Assembly: GCA_016185545.1 (NCBI GenBank)
Contig: JACPNJ010000005.1
Coordinates: 4,549-68,548 of the forward strand
Length of the DNA stretch: 64,000 nucleotides
Direction of reading: 5' to 3'
From: Candidatus Yanofskybacteria bacterium
GTDB lineage: Bacteria > Patescibacteriota > Minisyncoccia > 2-02-FULL-40-12 > IGHO2-01-FULL-4-A
Below, in pieces: positions 22,644 through 32,728 of this stretch. The notes beneath the pieces are model-generated. The model saw only the letters and a list, made by a program, of their open reading frames with translations, was not told where the DNA came from and made no database searches. The position numbers and the translations under genes are program-made. Each line of letters opens with the position of its first letter. Positions within the stretch are counted from its first letter, which is position 1.

Positions 22644-23528
22644 TTATTTAATATCCGCAAGCAAGGGTATCAGTTTTTCAAGCTCGGAAGCGGGAACGAT
22701 ATTCAATTCATCAAAAGGACGGGGTTTTAATCCTGACTTTGTAAGCACGGGCTCGCCTTGCACTATACAATTTTCTGTTCGCGGGACGCAATCCTTGGGG
22801 AGCTGATTTGCATTAATACCGACAACCTCACCCCGCTCATTAACCGTGGGGCCACCACTTAAACCGCCAAAAGTAAATAAATGATTTTTTGCCATTTTTA
22901 AATTTATGTAATTATTTGAAATTTCAGATATATCTTCAGAAAATTCATCGCTTAGATCTTTATTTTTTATCGGAAGATTTAGAGAAATTATATCGGCCTC
23001 AATACTTTCATAAACCAAGATTTGCGGTTCGCCAATTAACCCGTAATATACTTCATATATGAGGATTATTTTATTGTTGCCGGTAAGCTGTTTTGGATGT
23101 GGATGGATGCCTTTTACAAAAACCTTATCGCCTATTTTAGCTTGGCTTAACCCGTACGCTTCCGGAAAAGTTGTCGGATCAAAATTACCTTGAATTTTAA
23201 CAACCGCAACATCAGTTATTGGCGGAAGTTGTACCAGAAAACCATCATATACCCTGCCGTTGAAAAATACTTTTGCTTGCCCGTCGCTTTCATTGCCCAC
23301 AAAATGCTTGGCTGAAGCAAACAGCCCACGCTCTCTGTCAATCAAGAAAGCCGATGCCAAAATATGCGGCGCGCAGTTCCGCTCCCTTATGAATAGCGCC
23401 TCTTTGGCTGAAAAATTTTGCGGGAAACGATCCGTATTTTGGCAATCATTTGATAAATTTGGCGGCCCGCAACCAAGAACAAATAACGAAAAAACAAATA
23501 ATCCAAAAAGTGCAATCGGCAGCTTCAT
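22644..23528 (-). CDS. Trypsin-like serine protease lipoprotein
   Basis: Lipobox VLGC, SAKHF (His), DVAVV (Asp) and GGLSGGPTVNERGEVVGI (Ser). Confidence 0.8.
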   Translation of the reverse strand: MKLPIALFGLFVFSLFVLGCGPPNLSNDCQNTDRFPQNFSAKEALFIRERNCAPHILASAFLIDRERGLFASAKHFVGNESDGQAKVFFNGRVYDGFLVQLPPITDVAVVKIQGNFDPTTFPEAYGLSQAKIGDKVFVKGIHPHPKQLTGNNKIILIYEVYYGLIGEPQILVYESIEADIISLNLPIKNKDLSDEFSEDISEISNNYINLKMAKNHLFTFGGLSGGPTVNERGEVVGINANQLPKDCVPRTENCIVQGEPVLTKSGLKPRPFDELNIVPASELEKLIPLLADIK

Positions 23529-23546
23529 TACATTCTCCTCAATTTT

Positions 23547-24749
23547 TTATGATTCTAAAACTTTCTTGATCTTGGGCAGTGCCCAATAAATATCCTCCCG
23601 CCCGATATTTAATGGCGGATTAAAACGTAAAACATTGTGGCTGGCGCCTAAAAGAATGCCTTCAGCCATAAATTTTCTGATTAGGTTTTCGGTTTTGACA
23701 TTTTCAACCAATTCAACGCCAATCATTAATCCTCTGCCGCGAACTTCTTTAATATACCGACGGCTAATATTCCGCAAACCTTGTTTTAAAATTAAGCCCA
23801 GATCATACGCGTTATCGCTTAATTCCTCTTCTTCTAAAATTTTCATCGCTTCCAACGCAGCAACACAACTTAACGGATTACCGGCAAAGGTACTGCCATC
23901 ATCGCCTTTTTTGATTACATCCATAATCTCAGCCCGGCCAACTACTGCTGAAACGGGCTCCACACCACCGCTAAAACCTTTGCCCACAATAAAAATATCC
24001 GGCTGTACTTTTACTCTTTCGCAACTTAAATTGTGCCCGGTTCTGCCAAAACCGGTTTGGATTTCGTCAGCAATGAAAAGCACTCCGTTTTCTCTGCAAA
24101 TTTCACTAACTAAAGGTAAATAGCGTGACGGCGGCACAATGACTCCACCTTCGCCCTGAATCGGTTCAACTATAAAAGCGGCCGTGTTTTTAGTAATTGC
24201 CTGTTCAAGCGCTCCAATATCGCCAAAAGGAATCTGTATAAATCCCGGCAAGAACGGCCCGAAATTGTATTTATATTGCTGATTTGTCATTAAAGAAAGA
24301 GCGCCATAGGTACGGCCGTGAAAACTCCCGATACAGGAAATAATCTCGGCCTTTTTTTCATCTATGCCCTTTGTTTCATATCCCCACTTGCGGGCAATCT
24401 TAATTGCTTTTTCAACCGCCTCATGTCCGCCGAGGGCTGGTAAAATCTTGCCAGTTTCTCCAAAACCGCAGAAGTGAACCAGTTTTTCGCTAAACAATGC
24501 CAGGGCTTCGGTAGGCGTGGTTCTGGAAACAAGCCCCAGCTTGTCCAGTTGTTTTTTAATTGCGGCTATAATCCGCGGATGGCAATGACCAATATTAAGA
24601 ACAGCATAAGATCCTAAAAAATCAAAATATTTATTGCCATCAACATCCCATAGCCAAGCCCCACTGCCGTGGTCAGCAATTAGTTGCGGCTCATAATTAG
24701 CCACCAAATGTTTATTCAATTTACTTAAAATTGTTAAGGAACGTTCCAT
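23547..24749 (-). CDS. Class III aminotransferase (ornithine/acetylornithine aminotransferase)
   Basis: FHGRTYGALS, EPIQGEGG, DEIQTGFGRTG, GK (PLP Lys) and GSTFAGNPL. Confidence 0.92.
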   Translation of the reverse strand: MERSLTILSKLNKHLVANYEPQLIADHGSGAWLWDVDGNKYFDFLGSYAVLNIGHCHPRIIAAIKKQLDKLGLVSRTTPTEALALFSEKLVHFCGFGETGKILPALGGHEAVEKAIKIARKWGYETKGIDEKKAEIISCIGSFHGRTYGALSLMTNQQYKYNFGPFLPGFIQIPFGDIGALEQAITKNTAAFIVEPIQGEGGVIVPPSRYLPLVSEICRENGVLFIADEIQTGFGRTGHNLSCERVKVQPDIFIVGKGFSGGVEPVSAVVGRAEIMDVIKKGDDGSTFAGNPLSCVAALEAMKILEEEELSDNAYDLGLILKQGLRNISRRYIKEVRGRGLMIGVELVENVKTENLIRKFMAEGILLGASHNVLRFNPPLNIGREDIYWALPKIKKVLES

Positions 24750-24915
24750 TTTTTCTCTCCCATCTGATTTTTATCATTCAACCAAATTAACCAAGCGCAT
24801 TTGAAAATTACAGAAAAAATGGTAGGATGTCAATCCCGAACGAGACAGCCTTTGCAAACAACAAGAAAGGGTTACAACGCCTATCTAATCGGGATTATTA
24901 AAGTAAATTATTAAT

Positions 24916-24957
24916 AGGCACGGAAACGATTTACATATGTAAATCGTTTCCGTGCCT
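24916..24957. repeat. 42-bp perfect palindrome centred on CATATG
   Basis: aggcacggaaacgatttacat|atgtaaatcgtttccgtgcct, 8 bp upstream of the uvrC ATG. Confidence 0.9.
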
Positions 24958-24965
24958 CGTACGGG

Positions 24966-26393
24966 ATGAAAATTAATCCCAAAATCGTGCCCAAAACACC
25001 GGGTGTTTATTTTTTCCGTGATAAACATGGGCAAATTTTGTATATCGGCAAAGCGGTTAACTTAAAAAATCGCTTGGCCAGCTATTTTAAATCTCAACTT
25101 GGCGGTCGGACCGCTAAGTTGATGGAAAAAGCCATAAGAGTTAATTGGCAAAAGACTGATTCCGAAATAGAAGCCCTGATTTTAGAATCACAACTTATTA
25201 AAAAATATCGTCCGCCGTTCAACGTAATGCTGCGTGATGATAAACAGTATTTTTTTGTTGGATTCACGAAAGATGTGTTTCCACGCATCTTCTTGACTCA
25301 TCAACCGTTTGATTGTCGACGCTTAAAAAATTCAAAATCTAAATTTCAAAATTCAAATAATCTAAAACCTGATTTCGTTGGTCCATTCACTGATGGAAAT
25401 GCGCTAAGGATAACCTTGCGACTTCTGCGCCGCATATTTCCCTATTGCACTTGCAAGCAAAAGCATAATAATTATTGTTTGAATTATCATATTGGGAAAT
25501 GTTTGGGGTTTTGCTGTCTGAAAGATCAGAATCTAGAATCTAGAAAGCAGAATCTAGAATCATATAAGAAAAATGCCAGGGCGATAAAAGATATATTGAC
25601 AGGCAAGCGAAGCAGTTTGATAAAAAGATTTAAAAAAGAAATGCTGGAACTTGGCAAAAAACATGATTTTGAAAAAGCGATTGAATTACGCGATAAAATT
25701 ACGAAACTGAAAAAAGTTTTTGAGAATGCCCGCATCATTCTAGATTCCAAAAACAGGTCTACAGACAAAGATGCTTTAAAAAACTTAGCCAAAATTATCG
25801 GCACAAAATATATCCCAAAGCGAATAGAGGGTTATGATATTTCTAATATCCAAGGCGAATTTGCTACTGGTGCAATGGTCGTTTTTGTTAACGGCCGGCC
25901 TGATAAAAGCCAATACCGTAGGTTTAAAATTCGAAATTCGAATATCAAAATTCGAAACAAATCCAAAATTCAAAATTCAAAATCACAAAAGGTTTCGGAT
26001 TTCAGATTTCATGCTTCGGATTTCCGCTCTGTCGGAGATACGGCAATGTTGCGTGAAATATTAACTCGTCGGTTTAATCATCCGGAATGGCCACGGCCGG
26101 ATTTAATAATCGTAGACGGCGGTAGGGCACAACTAAATGTTGCAGCTAAAATAATCTATGGACATCGCAAGACCATAGGTCTTGCGATGACGGAAAATCT
26201 GATTCCGATTGTTGCTTTGACCAAAAACGATAAACACCGAGGAAGCCACATTTATGTTGGCGCTAAAAAAGCGGCTGTACCGTTGAAACAGTTACCATCG
26301 GCGGTTAGAAATCTGATTCTTCAAGTTGATTCAGAGACCCACAGGTTCGCGATTAGTTATTACAAAAAATTGCACAGAAAATTGGGCAAATAA
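24966..26393 (+). CDS. uvrC: Excinuclease ABC subunit C (short form)
   Basis: GIY-YIG (PGVYFF...LYIGKAVNL), Cys cluster, UVR domain, RIEGYDISN and PDLIIVDGGRAQ. Contains several repeat insertions. Confidence 0.93.
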   Translation: MKINPKIVPKTPGVYFFRDKHGQILYIGKAVNLKNRLASYFKSQLGGRTAKLMEKAIRVNWQKTDSEIEALILESQLIKKYRPPFNVMLRDDKQYFFVGFTKDVFPRIFLTHQPFDCRRLKNSKSKFQNSNNLKPDFVGPFTDGNALRITLRLLRRIFPYCTCKQKHNNYCLNYHIGKCLGFCCLKDQNLESRKQNLESYKKNARAIKDILTGKRSSLIKRFKKEMLELGKKHDFEKAIELRDKITKLKKVFENARIILDSKNRSTDKDALKNLAKIIGTKYIPKRIEGYDISNIQGEFATGAMVVFVNGRPDKSQYRRFKIRNSNIKIRNKSKIQNSKSQKVSDFRFHASDFRSVGDTAMLREILTRRFNHPEWPRPDLIIVDGGRAQLNVAAKIIYGHRKTIGLAMTENLIPIVALTKNDKHRGSHIYVGAKKAAVPLKQLPSAVRNLILQVDSETHRFAISYYKKLHRKLGK

Positions 26394-26592
26394 AAAATGG
26401 CTCGGGTTTAGCATTTGCCTTCGCCGAACCATTTCCGCTCCAAGATCCTTTCTTTGTCTCGGCGCACAATGTTGCGCCGGTCTGGAGGGTTAATTTTTGC
26501 CCCACATCCTAAAGCTATGCGGAGCACCTTTCGCCAATGTAAACCCTACCATAATTTCAAACCGCATGGCAAAGTTCGGGAATTGGCGAAAT

Positions 26593-26811
26593 TTATGCCT
26601 GACCGGCCGCCTGCTTCTCCGCCATCAGTTGCCTGATAGCCGCCTCCACACGGACACTCACTCGCGGCTTTTGCCGCCGCGGGAAACGGAAACATGGCGA
26701 GGGGCCCTTGTTTTGGCTATTGGTACCGGGAATAACCTTTGTCTTTGTTCCCTTTCTTCGTTCGGTACGACTTCCCAATGCCTTTCTGATTTTGCGCCGA
26801 TTTATGTTCAC
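26593..26811 (-). CDS. Small basic hypothetical protein
   Basis: GGAGG SD before a GTG start; Arg/Lys-rich 72 aa with no recognised family. Confidence 0.35.
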   Translation of the reverse strand: MNINRRKIRKALGSRTERRKGTKTKVIPGTNSQNKGPSPCFRFPRRQKPRVSVRVEAAIRQLMAEKQAAGQA

Positions 26812-26925
26812 TTTTTACCTCCATAACCAGATTCGCACCATGCTTACATTATATTACACCTAATATAATTAAAAGTCAAGGTTTGCATAAAACGGATGAA
26901 GTGATATACTAAAAATTGCCTTAAT

Positions 26926-27261
26926 ATGGCTATTTTTATAAGGTTTTTTGCTAGTATTCTGGGTTTGTATCTAGCTAATCTCTGGGTAAGCGGTTTTAGC
27001 GTAATTGATGGCTGGCAGTCATATCTGATTTCCGGTTTAGTGCTTGGTTTACTGAATTTGATAATCCGCCCTATTTTGAAAATTATCACTTTTCCGTTAA
27101 TTATAGTTTCGCTGGGCCTTTTCCTGATCGTAATTAATGCCATAATCTTGTGGCTTACAGCCCAACTGACCGGTTATATTGTTATAGAAAACTATGTCGC
27201 TCTTTTATGGGCAACATTAGTAATAGCAGCAATAAATTTTATAGCGCATTGGGTCAAATAA
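26926..27261 (+). CDS. 4-TM phage holin family (YvlD-like) membrane protein
   Basis: LGLLNLIIRPILKIITFPLIIVSLGLFLIVINA signature. Confidence 0.85.
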   Translation: MAIFIRFFASILGLYLANLWVSGFSVIDGWQSYLISGLVLGLLNLIIRPILKIITFPLIIVSLGLFLIVINAIILWLTAQLTGYIVIENYVALLWATLVIAAINFIAHWVK

Positions 27262-27267
27262 AAATTT

Positions 27268-27477
27268 ATGTTAATAACAATCATCCAGCTAATTCTCGCC
27301 GTTCTCCTGATTGCGGCCATTTTACTCCAACAGCGTGGCACAGGACTTTCCGGCGCTTTTGGCGGCGAGGGCAGTGTTTATTCAACGCGCCGCGGTATTG
27401 AAAAAATACTTTTTACTTCCACCATAGTGATAGCGGTTTTATTTTTTGGCACTTCCGTTGGCAGACTCTTGTTCTAG
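27268..27477 (+). CDS. secG: Preprotein translocase subunit SecG
   Basis: ILLQQRGTGLSGAFGG...TRRGIEKILF. Confidence 0.93.
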   Translation: MLITIIQLILAVLLIAAILLQQRGTGLSGAFGGEGSVYSTRRGIEKILFTSTIVIAVLFFGTSVGRLLF

Positions 27478-27662
27478 TTTGCAGTCCACAGTTGTCAGTA
27501 AACAGTTAATATCTTTTATAAACTGTGAACTGTAAACTGTGAACTTTTCTAATTAATAACGATTATAATCAATTAGATAATTTTTTCTCGTCTCCCAAGA
27601 ATACAAAAAACGACAAGCATATCAGTAAGATAAAGCGAAAATGGTTTCAATTATTTGAACTA

Positions 27663-29396
27663 TTGCCCACGAAACAGCAATTACGGTATCTGCCGAAAGT
27701 GCTGTCTAAAAAAGAACGGGATTTGATTGTTTTTTTATTTTTTATTACTATCGGTGCTTTAATAGCCATGCCCGTCGCAGGTTATTATCACTTTACCAAA
27801 CCGGCGCCTGATTTTGGCGGGAGCTTAATTGAAGGCCTAGTGGGTACACCACAGCGCATCAATCCCCTGCTTGTCCAAAATAATGATGCGGAAAAAGATT
27901 TAACAGGCTTAGTTTATAGCGGCTTATTACGATATAACGGTCAAGGTAAAATTGAAAACGGTCTTGCCGAATCTTACGAAATATCAGAAGATGGTCTGAT
28001 TTATATTTTTAAACTGCGAAATAATCTTTTGTGGCATGACAGACAGCCACTCACTGCCGATGATGTAATTTTTAGCGTTATTACCGCTCAGAATTCCGAT
28101 TACGGCAGTACGCAAAGGATTGTTTGGCAGGGAGTTGAAGTAAGTAAGGCTGACGACCGAACAATAATATTTAAACTAAAAAACAAATATGCGCAGTTTT
28201 TAAGTAATGCTACGATGGGGATAATACCCAAACATATATGGGAAAAAATAAAACCGTCTAGTTTTGACCTTTCGGATTTCAATATAAAGCCGGTTGGTTC
28301 CGGACCATACAAGTTTTCCAAGGTCAGACGCGATACTGCCGGAAACATAAAATCTTTTGAATTAGCGGCGTTTGAAAAATATTATGCCGGCAAGCCCTAT
28401 ATCTCTAAAATTATATTCAAATTCTATCAGTCTGAAAATGATATGATAACCGCATATAACAACAATGAAATTGAGGGTTTGGGATTCATTTCGCCGCAAA
28501 ATTTAAATTCTTTCAGGTTCCTCGGTCAATTAAAAATTTTAAAATTACGATTGCCGCGATATTTCGCCGTATTTTTTAACCAGAACCGCAGCAAACAACT
28601 TTCCGATAAGAATGTACGGCTTGCCATAAATTATGCCACCAATAAAAACGGCCTTGTGGACAAAATATTAAACGGCTATGGCACAGCAGTTGATTCCCCA
28701 ATGTTATTCGGAATTATAAATCCGTCCGGCCAAATTGCTAAACAAGAGTTTGGCATTGAGTTAGCAAATAAAACTTTGGAAGATGCTAACTGGTCATATC
28801 CGGCAAGCTCTTCGGATAATCATAGAATCCGTGAAAAGGTTCTGCCGCCGCCAAAAAATAAAAAAAATCAGCCCGGCGAACCGCTTAAACTGGAAATTAA
28901 ACTCACAACTTCCGATTGGCCGGAACTTATAGCCGTCGGTAACGAAATTAAAAGACAGTGGGAAACAGTAGGTGTGGCGGTAAATTTAGAGGTTTTGCCT
29001 TTGCCGGAATTACAGCGTGTAATTAAAGAAAGGAATTATGACGCATTGCTTTTTGGAGAAGTACTTGCTCTTGATCCAGACCCATTTAGTTTTTGGCATT
29101 CATCGCAGAAACGTGATCCCGGTCTTAATTTGGCATTGTACGACAATAAGGACGCTGATAAGCTGTTAGAAGATGCTCGCCAAACACTTGTTTATTCGGC
29201 ACGACTGGCTAAATATGACGAATTTCAAAAAATTGTAGCCAACGAAATTCCCGCGGTATTTCTTTATAGTCCCGATTATTTATACGCCCAGCCGGTAAAA
29301 ATTAAAGGTAATAATAATAAATTGATTTCAATGCCTTCTGGCCGTTTTGATACTGTAAACAAATGGTATATAGAGACAAAAAGAGTTACGAGGTAG
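27663..29396 (+). CDS. Peptide ABC transporter substrate-binding protein (family 5)
   Basis: LAESYEISEDG...F.LR...WHD..PLTADDV.FS, PVGSGPYKF and DPFSFWHSSQ. Start uncertain. Confidence 0.88.
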   Translation: MPTKQQLRYLPKVLSKKERDLIVFLFFITIGALIAMPVAGYYHFTKPAPDFGGSLIEGLVGTPQRINPLLVQNNDAEKDLTGLVYSGLLRYNGQGKIENGLAESYEISEDGLIYIFKLRNNLLWHDRQPLTADDVIFSVITAQNSDYGSTQRIVWQGVEVSKADDRTIIFKLKNKYAQFLSNATMGIIPKHIWEKIKPSSFDLSDFNIKPVGSGPYKFSKVRRDTAGNIKSFELAAFEKYYAGKPYISKIIFKFYQSENDMITAYNNNEIEGLGFISPQNLNSFRFLGQLKILKLRLPRYFAVFFNQNRSKQLSDKNVRLAINYATNKNGLVDKILNGYGTAVDSPMLFGIINPSGQIAKQEFGIELANKTLEDANWSYPASSSDNHRIREKVLPPPKNKKNQPGEPLKLEIKLTTSDWPELIAVGNEIKRQWETVGVAVNLEVLPLPELQRVIKERNYDALLFGEVLALDPDPFSFWHSSQKRDPGLNLALYDNKDADKLLEDARQTLVYSARLAKYDEFQKIVANEIPAVFLYSPDYLYAQPVKIKGNNNKLISMPSGRFDTVNKWYIETKRVTR

Positions 29397-29547
29397 TAAT
29401 TGTTATTCAGTAACTGAAAACTAAAACTATTGACTCCAACCGCTAGTTTTGCTATAATGGAATTTCATAGTAGTGATGCATCTCTTATCGGGGACAGCGA
29501 CGTGTCTTACTGTCTAACTCTTGTGTTTTTATTACGCGCATACCCCT

Positions 29548-29631
29548 GCTCGGGTGGTGAAATTGGCAGACACGTTAGCTTCAGGAGCTAATGGGAGCAA
29601 TCCCGTGGGAGTTCAAATCTCCCCCCGAGCA
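29548..29631 (+). tRNA. tRNA-Leu(CAG)
   Basis: Acceptor GCTCGGG/CCCGAGC, anticodon arm TTAGC-TTCAGGA-GCTAA, long variable arm, T arm GGGAG-TTCAAAT-CTCCC. CCA not encoded. Confidence 0.95.
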
Positions 29632-29980
29632 CAATTGAACGAAGTGAAATTGGGAGTGGGGAGCAACACGCCTGCGCGTGTTGCGTGGAGATGAGAACGC
29701 CGGAGCGATGTTTGACGAGCAATCGGTGAGTCAAACCGCGAGGAGGTGGCTAGACTAAATTAGCGGAAGCTAATTTAAGTCAAAGCCAAATCTCCCCCCG
29801 AGCACAATTGAACGAAGTGAAATTGGGAGTGGGGAGCAACACGCCTGCGCGTGTTGCGTGGAGATGAGAACGCCGGAGCGATGTTTGACGAGCAATCGGC
29901 GAGTCAAACCGCGAGGAGGTGGCTAGACTAAATTAGCGGAAGCTAATTTAAGTCAAAGCCAAATCTCCCCCCGAGCACAA
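29614..29980 (+). repeat. Two tandem 173-bp units bounded by three copies of the tRNA-Leu 3' end
   Basis: caaatctccccccgagcacaa at 29614, 29787 and 29960. The units differ at one position seen by eye (tcggTgag vs tcggCgag). Confidence 0.93.
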
Positions 29981-29981
29981 A

Positions 29982-30482
29982 ATGAATAGTAAAAAAAAGC
30001 TTAATGTCAAAATTATTTGGAACGAATCATACCTAAAATCTATTAAAAATAGTGTTGGTTCCAACATATTTAGAAATTTTTACGCTAATGTCGATGGTAA
30101 AAAGATGGATATCAGAAAAGACGGTCAGCTATCCTGCTCTGCGTTTGTTTCTTCTATTCTTTATCTTCATAAATTAATCTATGATATCCATGCAACAGTT
30201 GAGGGTTTAGTTAAGGATATGGAATTGTTCGGATGGAAAAAGATCGACAAACCGAGACCTGGCGCAGTTCTTTTGTGGGAACCTAAACTGCCAAAAAATC
30301 ACAATGATAAAATGTACTTGCGTCACGATCACATTGGTTTTTATGTCGATAACGACAAGGCAATAAGCAATAGGTATGAAAAACGGCAACCAGTTTTGCA
30401 TCACTGGACATTCGGTGTTAGAAACGGCCGGCCGATGCGCAAGGTAGAACAAATATTTTGGAACACAAAATTAAATAAATGA
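29982..30482 (+). CDS. Hypothetical protein, NlpC/P60/CHAP-like Cys-His pattern
   Basis: LSCSAFVS, PRPGAVLLW and HIGFY. Confidence 0.6.
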   Translation: MNSKKKLNVKIIWNESYLKSIKNSVGSNIFRNFYANVDGKKMDIRKDGQLSCSAFVSSILYLHKLIYDIHATVEGLVKDMELFGWKKIDKPRPGAVLLWEPKLPKNHNDKMYLRHDHIGFYVDNDKAISNRYEKRQPVLHHWTFGVRNGRPMRKVEQIFWNTKLNK

Positions 30483-32374
30483 TAACTGAAGAAAATAAGG
30501 TGCAATTAACGTCAGCTAAAACTCCAGCTGACAAACAATCAAATACACAACGGCTGGAATCTCAACAAATGAGGCCCAGACGCAGCCGCGCGCCACGTTA
30601 TAAAGATCGGCGTGATTTGCCGCGTTCGCGGCGGCTTGCGCCCATTGAACGTCCCCAGCGTCAAGAAAGTACCGGTGCGTTAGATGAAACTATTAAAATT
30701 ATTCCTCTTGGAGGTCTCGGCGAGGTCGGACGCAATATGTGCGTCCTGGAATATAAAAACGACATTATGATAATTGACGTCGGCTTTGGTTTTCCGGAAG
30801 AAGATATGCCCGGTATTGATTACACTTTGCCCAATATCGCCTATCTGGATGGCAAGCAAGACAGGATACGGGGCATAGTCTTAACCCACGGACACATGGA
30901 CCATATTGGCGGAATTCCCTATCTGATTAATCGACTTGGAAATCCGACCATTTACGCCATGAATCTCACCCGCGGCTTAGCCATTAAGCGTCATCAGGAG
31001 TTTCCACATCTGCCGGAACTGGACATTAATCTCGTACACACTGGTGAAATAATTCATCTTGGTGCATTTGAAATTGAATTTTTCCATGTTAATCATAATA
31101 TTCCAGATGACACTGCACTCATTATTACTACGCCAGCCGGCCGGATCGTGCATACGGCTGACTTCAAATTTGATCCTGAACCGCTTAATGAGAAACCAGC
31201 AGATTTAAACTTCATCAAGAGCATCGGTGATCGCGGAGTATCATTACTGATGTCAGACTCTACTGGTGCTGAGAAAGACGGCAAATCAATATCGGAAAGC
31301 GTAATTCAGGAAAATTTGGAGAAAATTTTTGAAGAATCAAGCGGCGGTGGCATGATACTCGCGGCAACCTTTTCATCTATCATCAATCGCATCCAACAAT
31401 TAATAACCTTGTCAGAAAAATACGGCCGTAAAGTAGTATTTGACGGTTTCAGTCTCAAGAGCAACGTGGAAATCGCTAAGGAATTCAACCAGATAAGCAT
31501 TAAAAAAGAAACACAGATACCGATAACTGAAATAGATCGATACCCGCGTTCCAAAATTACTCTTATAGGCACCGGCGCTCAAGGTGAGGACAGGGCAGTT
31601 TTGATGCGCATTGCTTCCGGCGAACATCGCCACGTCCGGCTTCAAAAAAAAGATGCGATTATTTTCTCGTCCTCGGTAATTCCCGGAAATGAGCGAACAG
31701 TTCAACGGCTTAAAGATCTGCTTTATCGTATGGGGGCGAGAGTTTATGATTATAACATGATGGACATCCATGCCAGCGGTCACGCCTATAGAGACGACCT
31801 CAAACAAATGATGCGGCTGATACGGCCAAAGGCGCTAATGCCCATACATGGCCAATATTCCATGATGGTCAACCATGGCTATCTTGGTGGGCAAGAGGGC
31901 ATAAAAGAAGAGAATATTATAATCGCCGATAATGGTTCTATAATTCACATATCGGACCCAAAATTTACCGACCAGAAAGCTCCGATTAATTGGTGGTTTG
32001 ATAAAAAAACTGTCCCTTCGGACAGTGTTATGGTAGATGGCCTCGGCATCGGAGATATCGGCAATGTGGTTTTGCGTGATAGGCAGGTATTGGCCGAGGA
32101 TGGTATGTTTGTGATCGTGGCTCTGATTGATTCCAAAACCGGCCGCGTGCGCGGCAGTCCCGATATCATTTCACGCGGTTTTGTATATCTCAAAGAAAAC
32201 AAAGAATTGCTGATGCAAGTCCGCAAAAAGGTTAGGTTTGTCATAGAGCGCAAAACCACGCGCCCCATAAACTGGGTGGATTTGAAGGATTTGCTACGCG
32301 ACGAAATCGGGTTGTTTCTGTTCCAAAAAACAGAACGCAGACCCATGGTTTTGCCTGTAGTAATTGAAATTTAA
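30479..32374 (+). CDS. rnj: Ribonuclease J
   Basis: IIPLGGLGEVGRNM, THGHMDHIGG, HTADFKFD, HASGHA and RRPMVLPVVIEI. Confidence 0.97.
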   Translation: MITEENKVQLTSAKTPADKQSNTQRLESQQMRPRRSRAPRYKDRRDLPRSRRLAPIERPQRQESTGALDETIKIIPLGGLGEVGRNMCVLEYKNDIMIIDVGFGFPEEDMPGIDYTLPNIAYLDGKQDRIRGIVLTHGHMDHIGGIPYLINRLGNPTIYAMNLTRGLAIKRHQEFPHLPELDINLVHTGEIIHLGAFEIEFFHVNHNIPDDTALIITTPAGRIVHTADFKFDPEPLNEKPADLNFIKSIGDRGVSLLMSDSTGAEKDGKSISESVIQENLEKIFEESSGGGMILAATFSSIINRIQQLITLSEKYGRKVVFDGFSLKSNVEIAKEFNQISIKKETQIPITEIDRYPRSKITLIGTGAQGEDRAVLMRIASGEHRHVRLQKKDAIIFSSSVIPGNERTVQRLKDLLYRMGARVYDYNMMDIHASGHAYRDDLKQMMRLIRPKALMPIHGQYSMMVNHGYLGGQEGIKEENIIIADNGSIIHISDPKFTDQKAPINWWFDKKTVPSDSVMVDGLGIGDIGNVVLRDRQVLAEDGMFVIVALIDSKTGRVRGSPDIISRGFVYLKENKELLMQVRKKVRFVIERKTTRPINWVDLKDLLRDEIGLFLFQKTERRPMVLPVVIEI

Positions 32375-32379
32375 TCAAC

Positions 32380-32703
32380 ATGATTGCTATTGAAGATTTT
32401 AAAAAACTTAACATCGTGATTGGAACTGTTGAAAGCGTTGAGGATATTGATGGCAGTGAGAAATTATATAAACTGACAGTTAATATCGGCGCAGAAACGC
32501 GGCAAATTATTGCCGGCTTAAAACCGTCATATTCCTCCGTTGAACTTGTCGGCAAACAGGTTTTAATTTTGGAAAACCTTGAACCACGCGATTTGATAGG
32601 TCTTGAATCACAAGGAATGGTATTGGCGGCTTCGGATGAAACCGGTAAACCCATTATAATCAGACCAGAAAAACCAGTAGCCAACGGTTCAGTAATCAAG
32701 TAA
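32380..32703 (+). CDS. tRNA-binding OB-fold protein (MetG C-terminal/CsaA-like)
   Basis: EDFKKLNIVIG, RQIIAGL and NLEPRDLIGLESQGMVLAA. Confidence 0.88.
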   Translation: MIAIEDFKKLNIVIGTVESVEDIDGSEKLYKLTVNIGAETRQIIAGLKPSYSSVELVGKQVLILENLEPRDLIGLESQGMVLAASDETGKPIIIRPEKPVANGSVIK

Positions 32704-32728
32704 AATGATAATTGGATAATAAAACTTT

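Noticed and set aside
26926-27261. Prophage suggested by the holin-family gene
   Set aside because: This family is commonly chromosomal, and there are no phage structural, terminase or integrase genes nearby.
29614-29980. Possible CRISPR array (21-bp repeat three times)
   Set aside because: The spacers are 152 bp and near-identical, the repeat is the tRNA 3' end, and there are no cas genes in the window.
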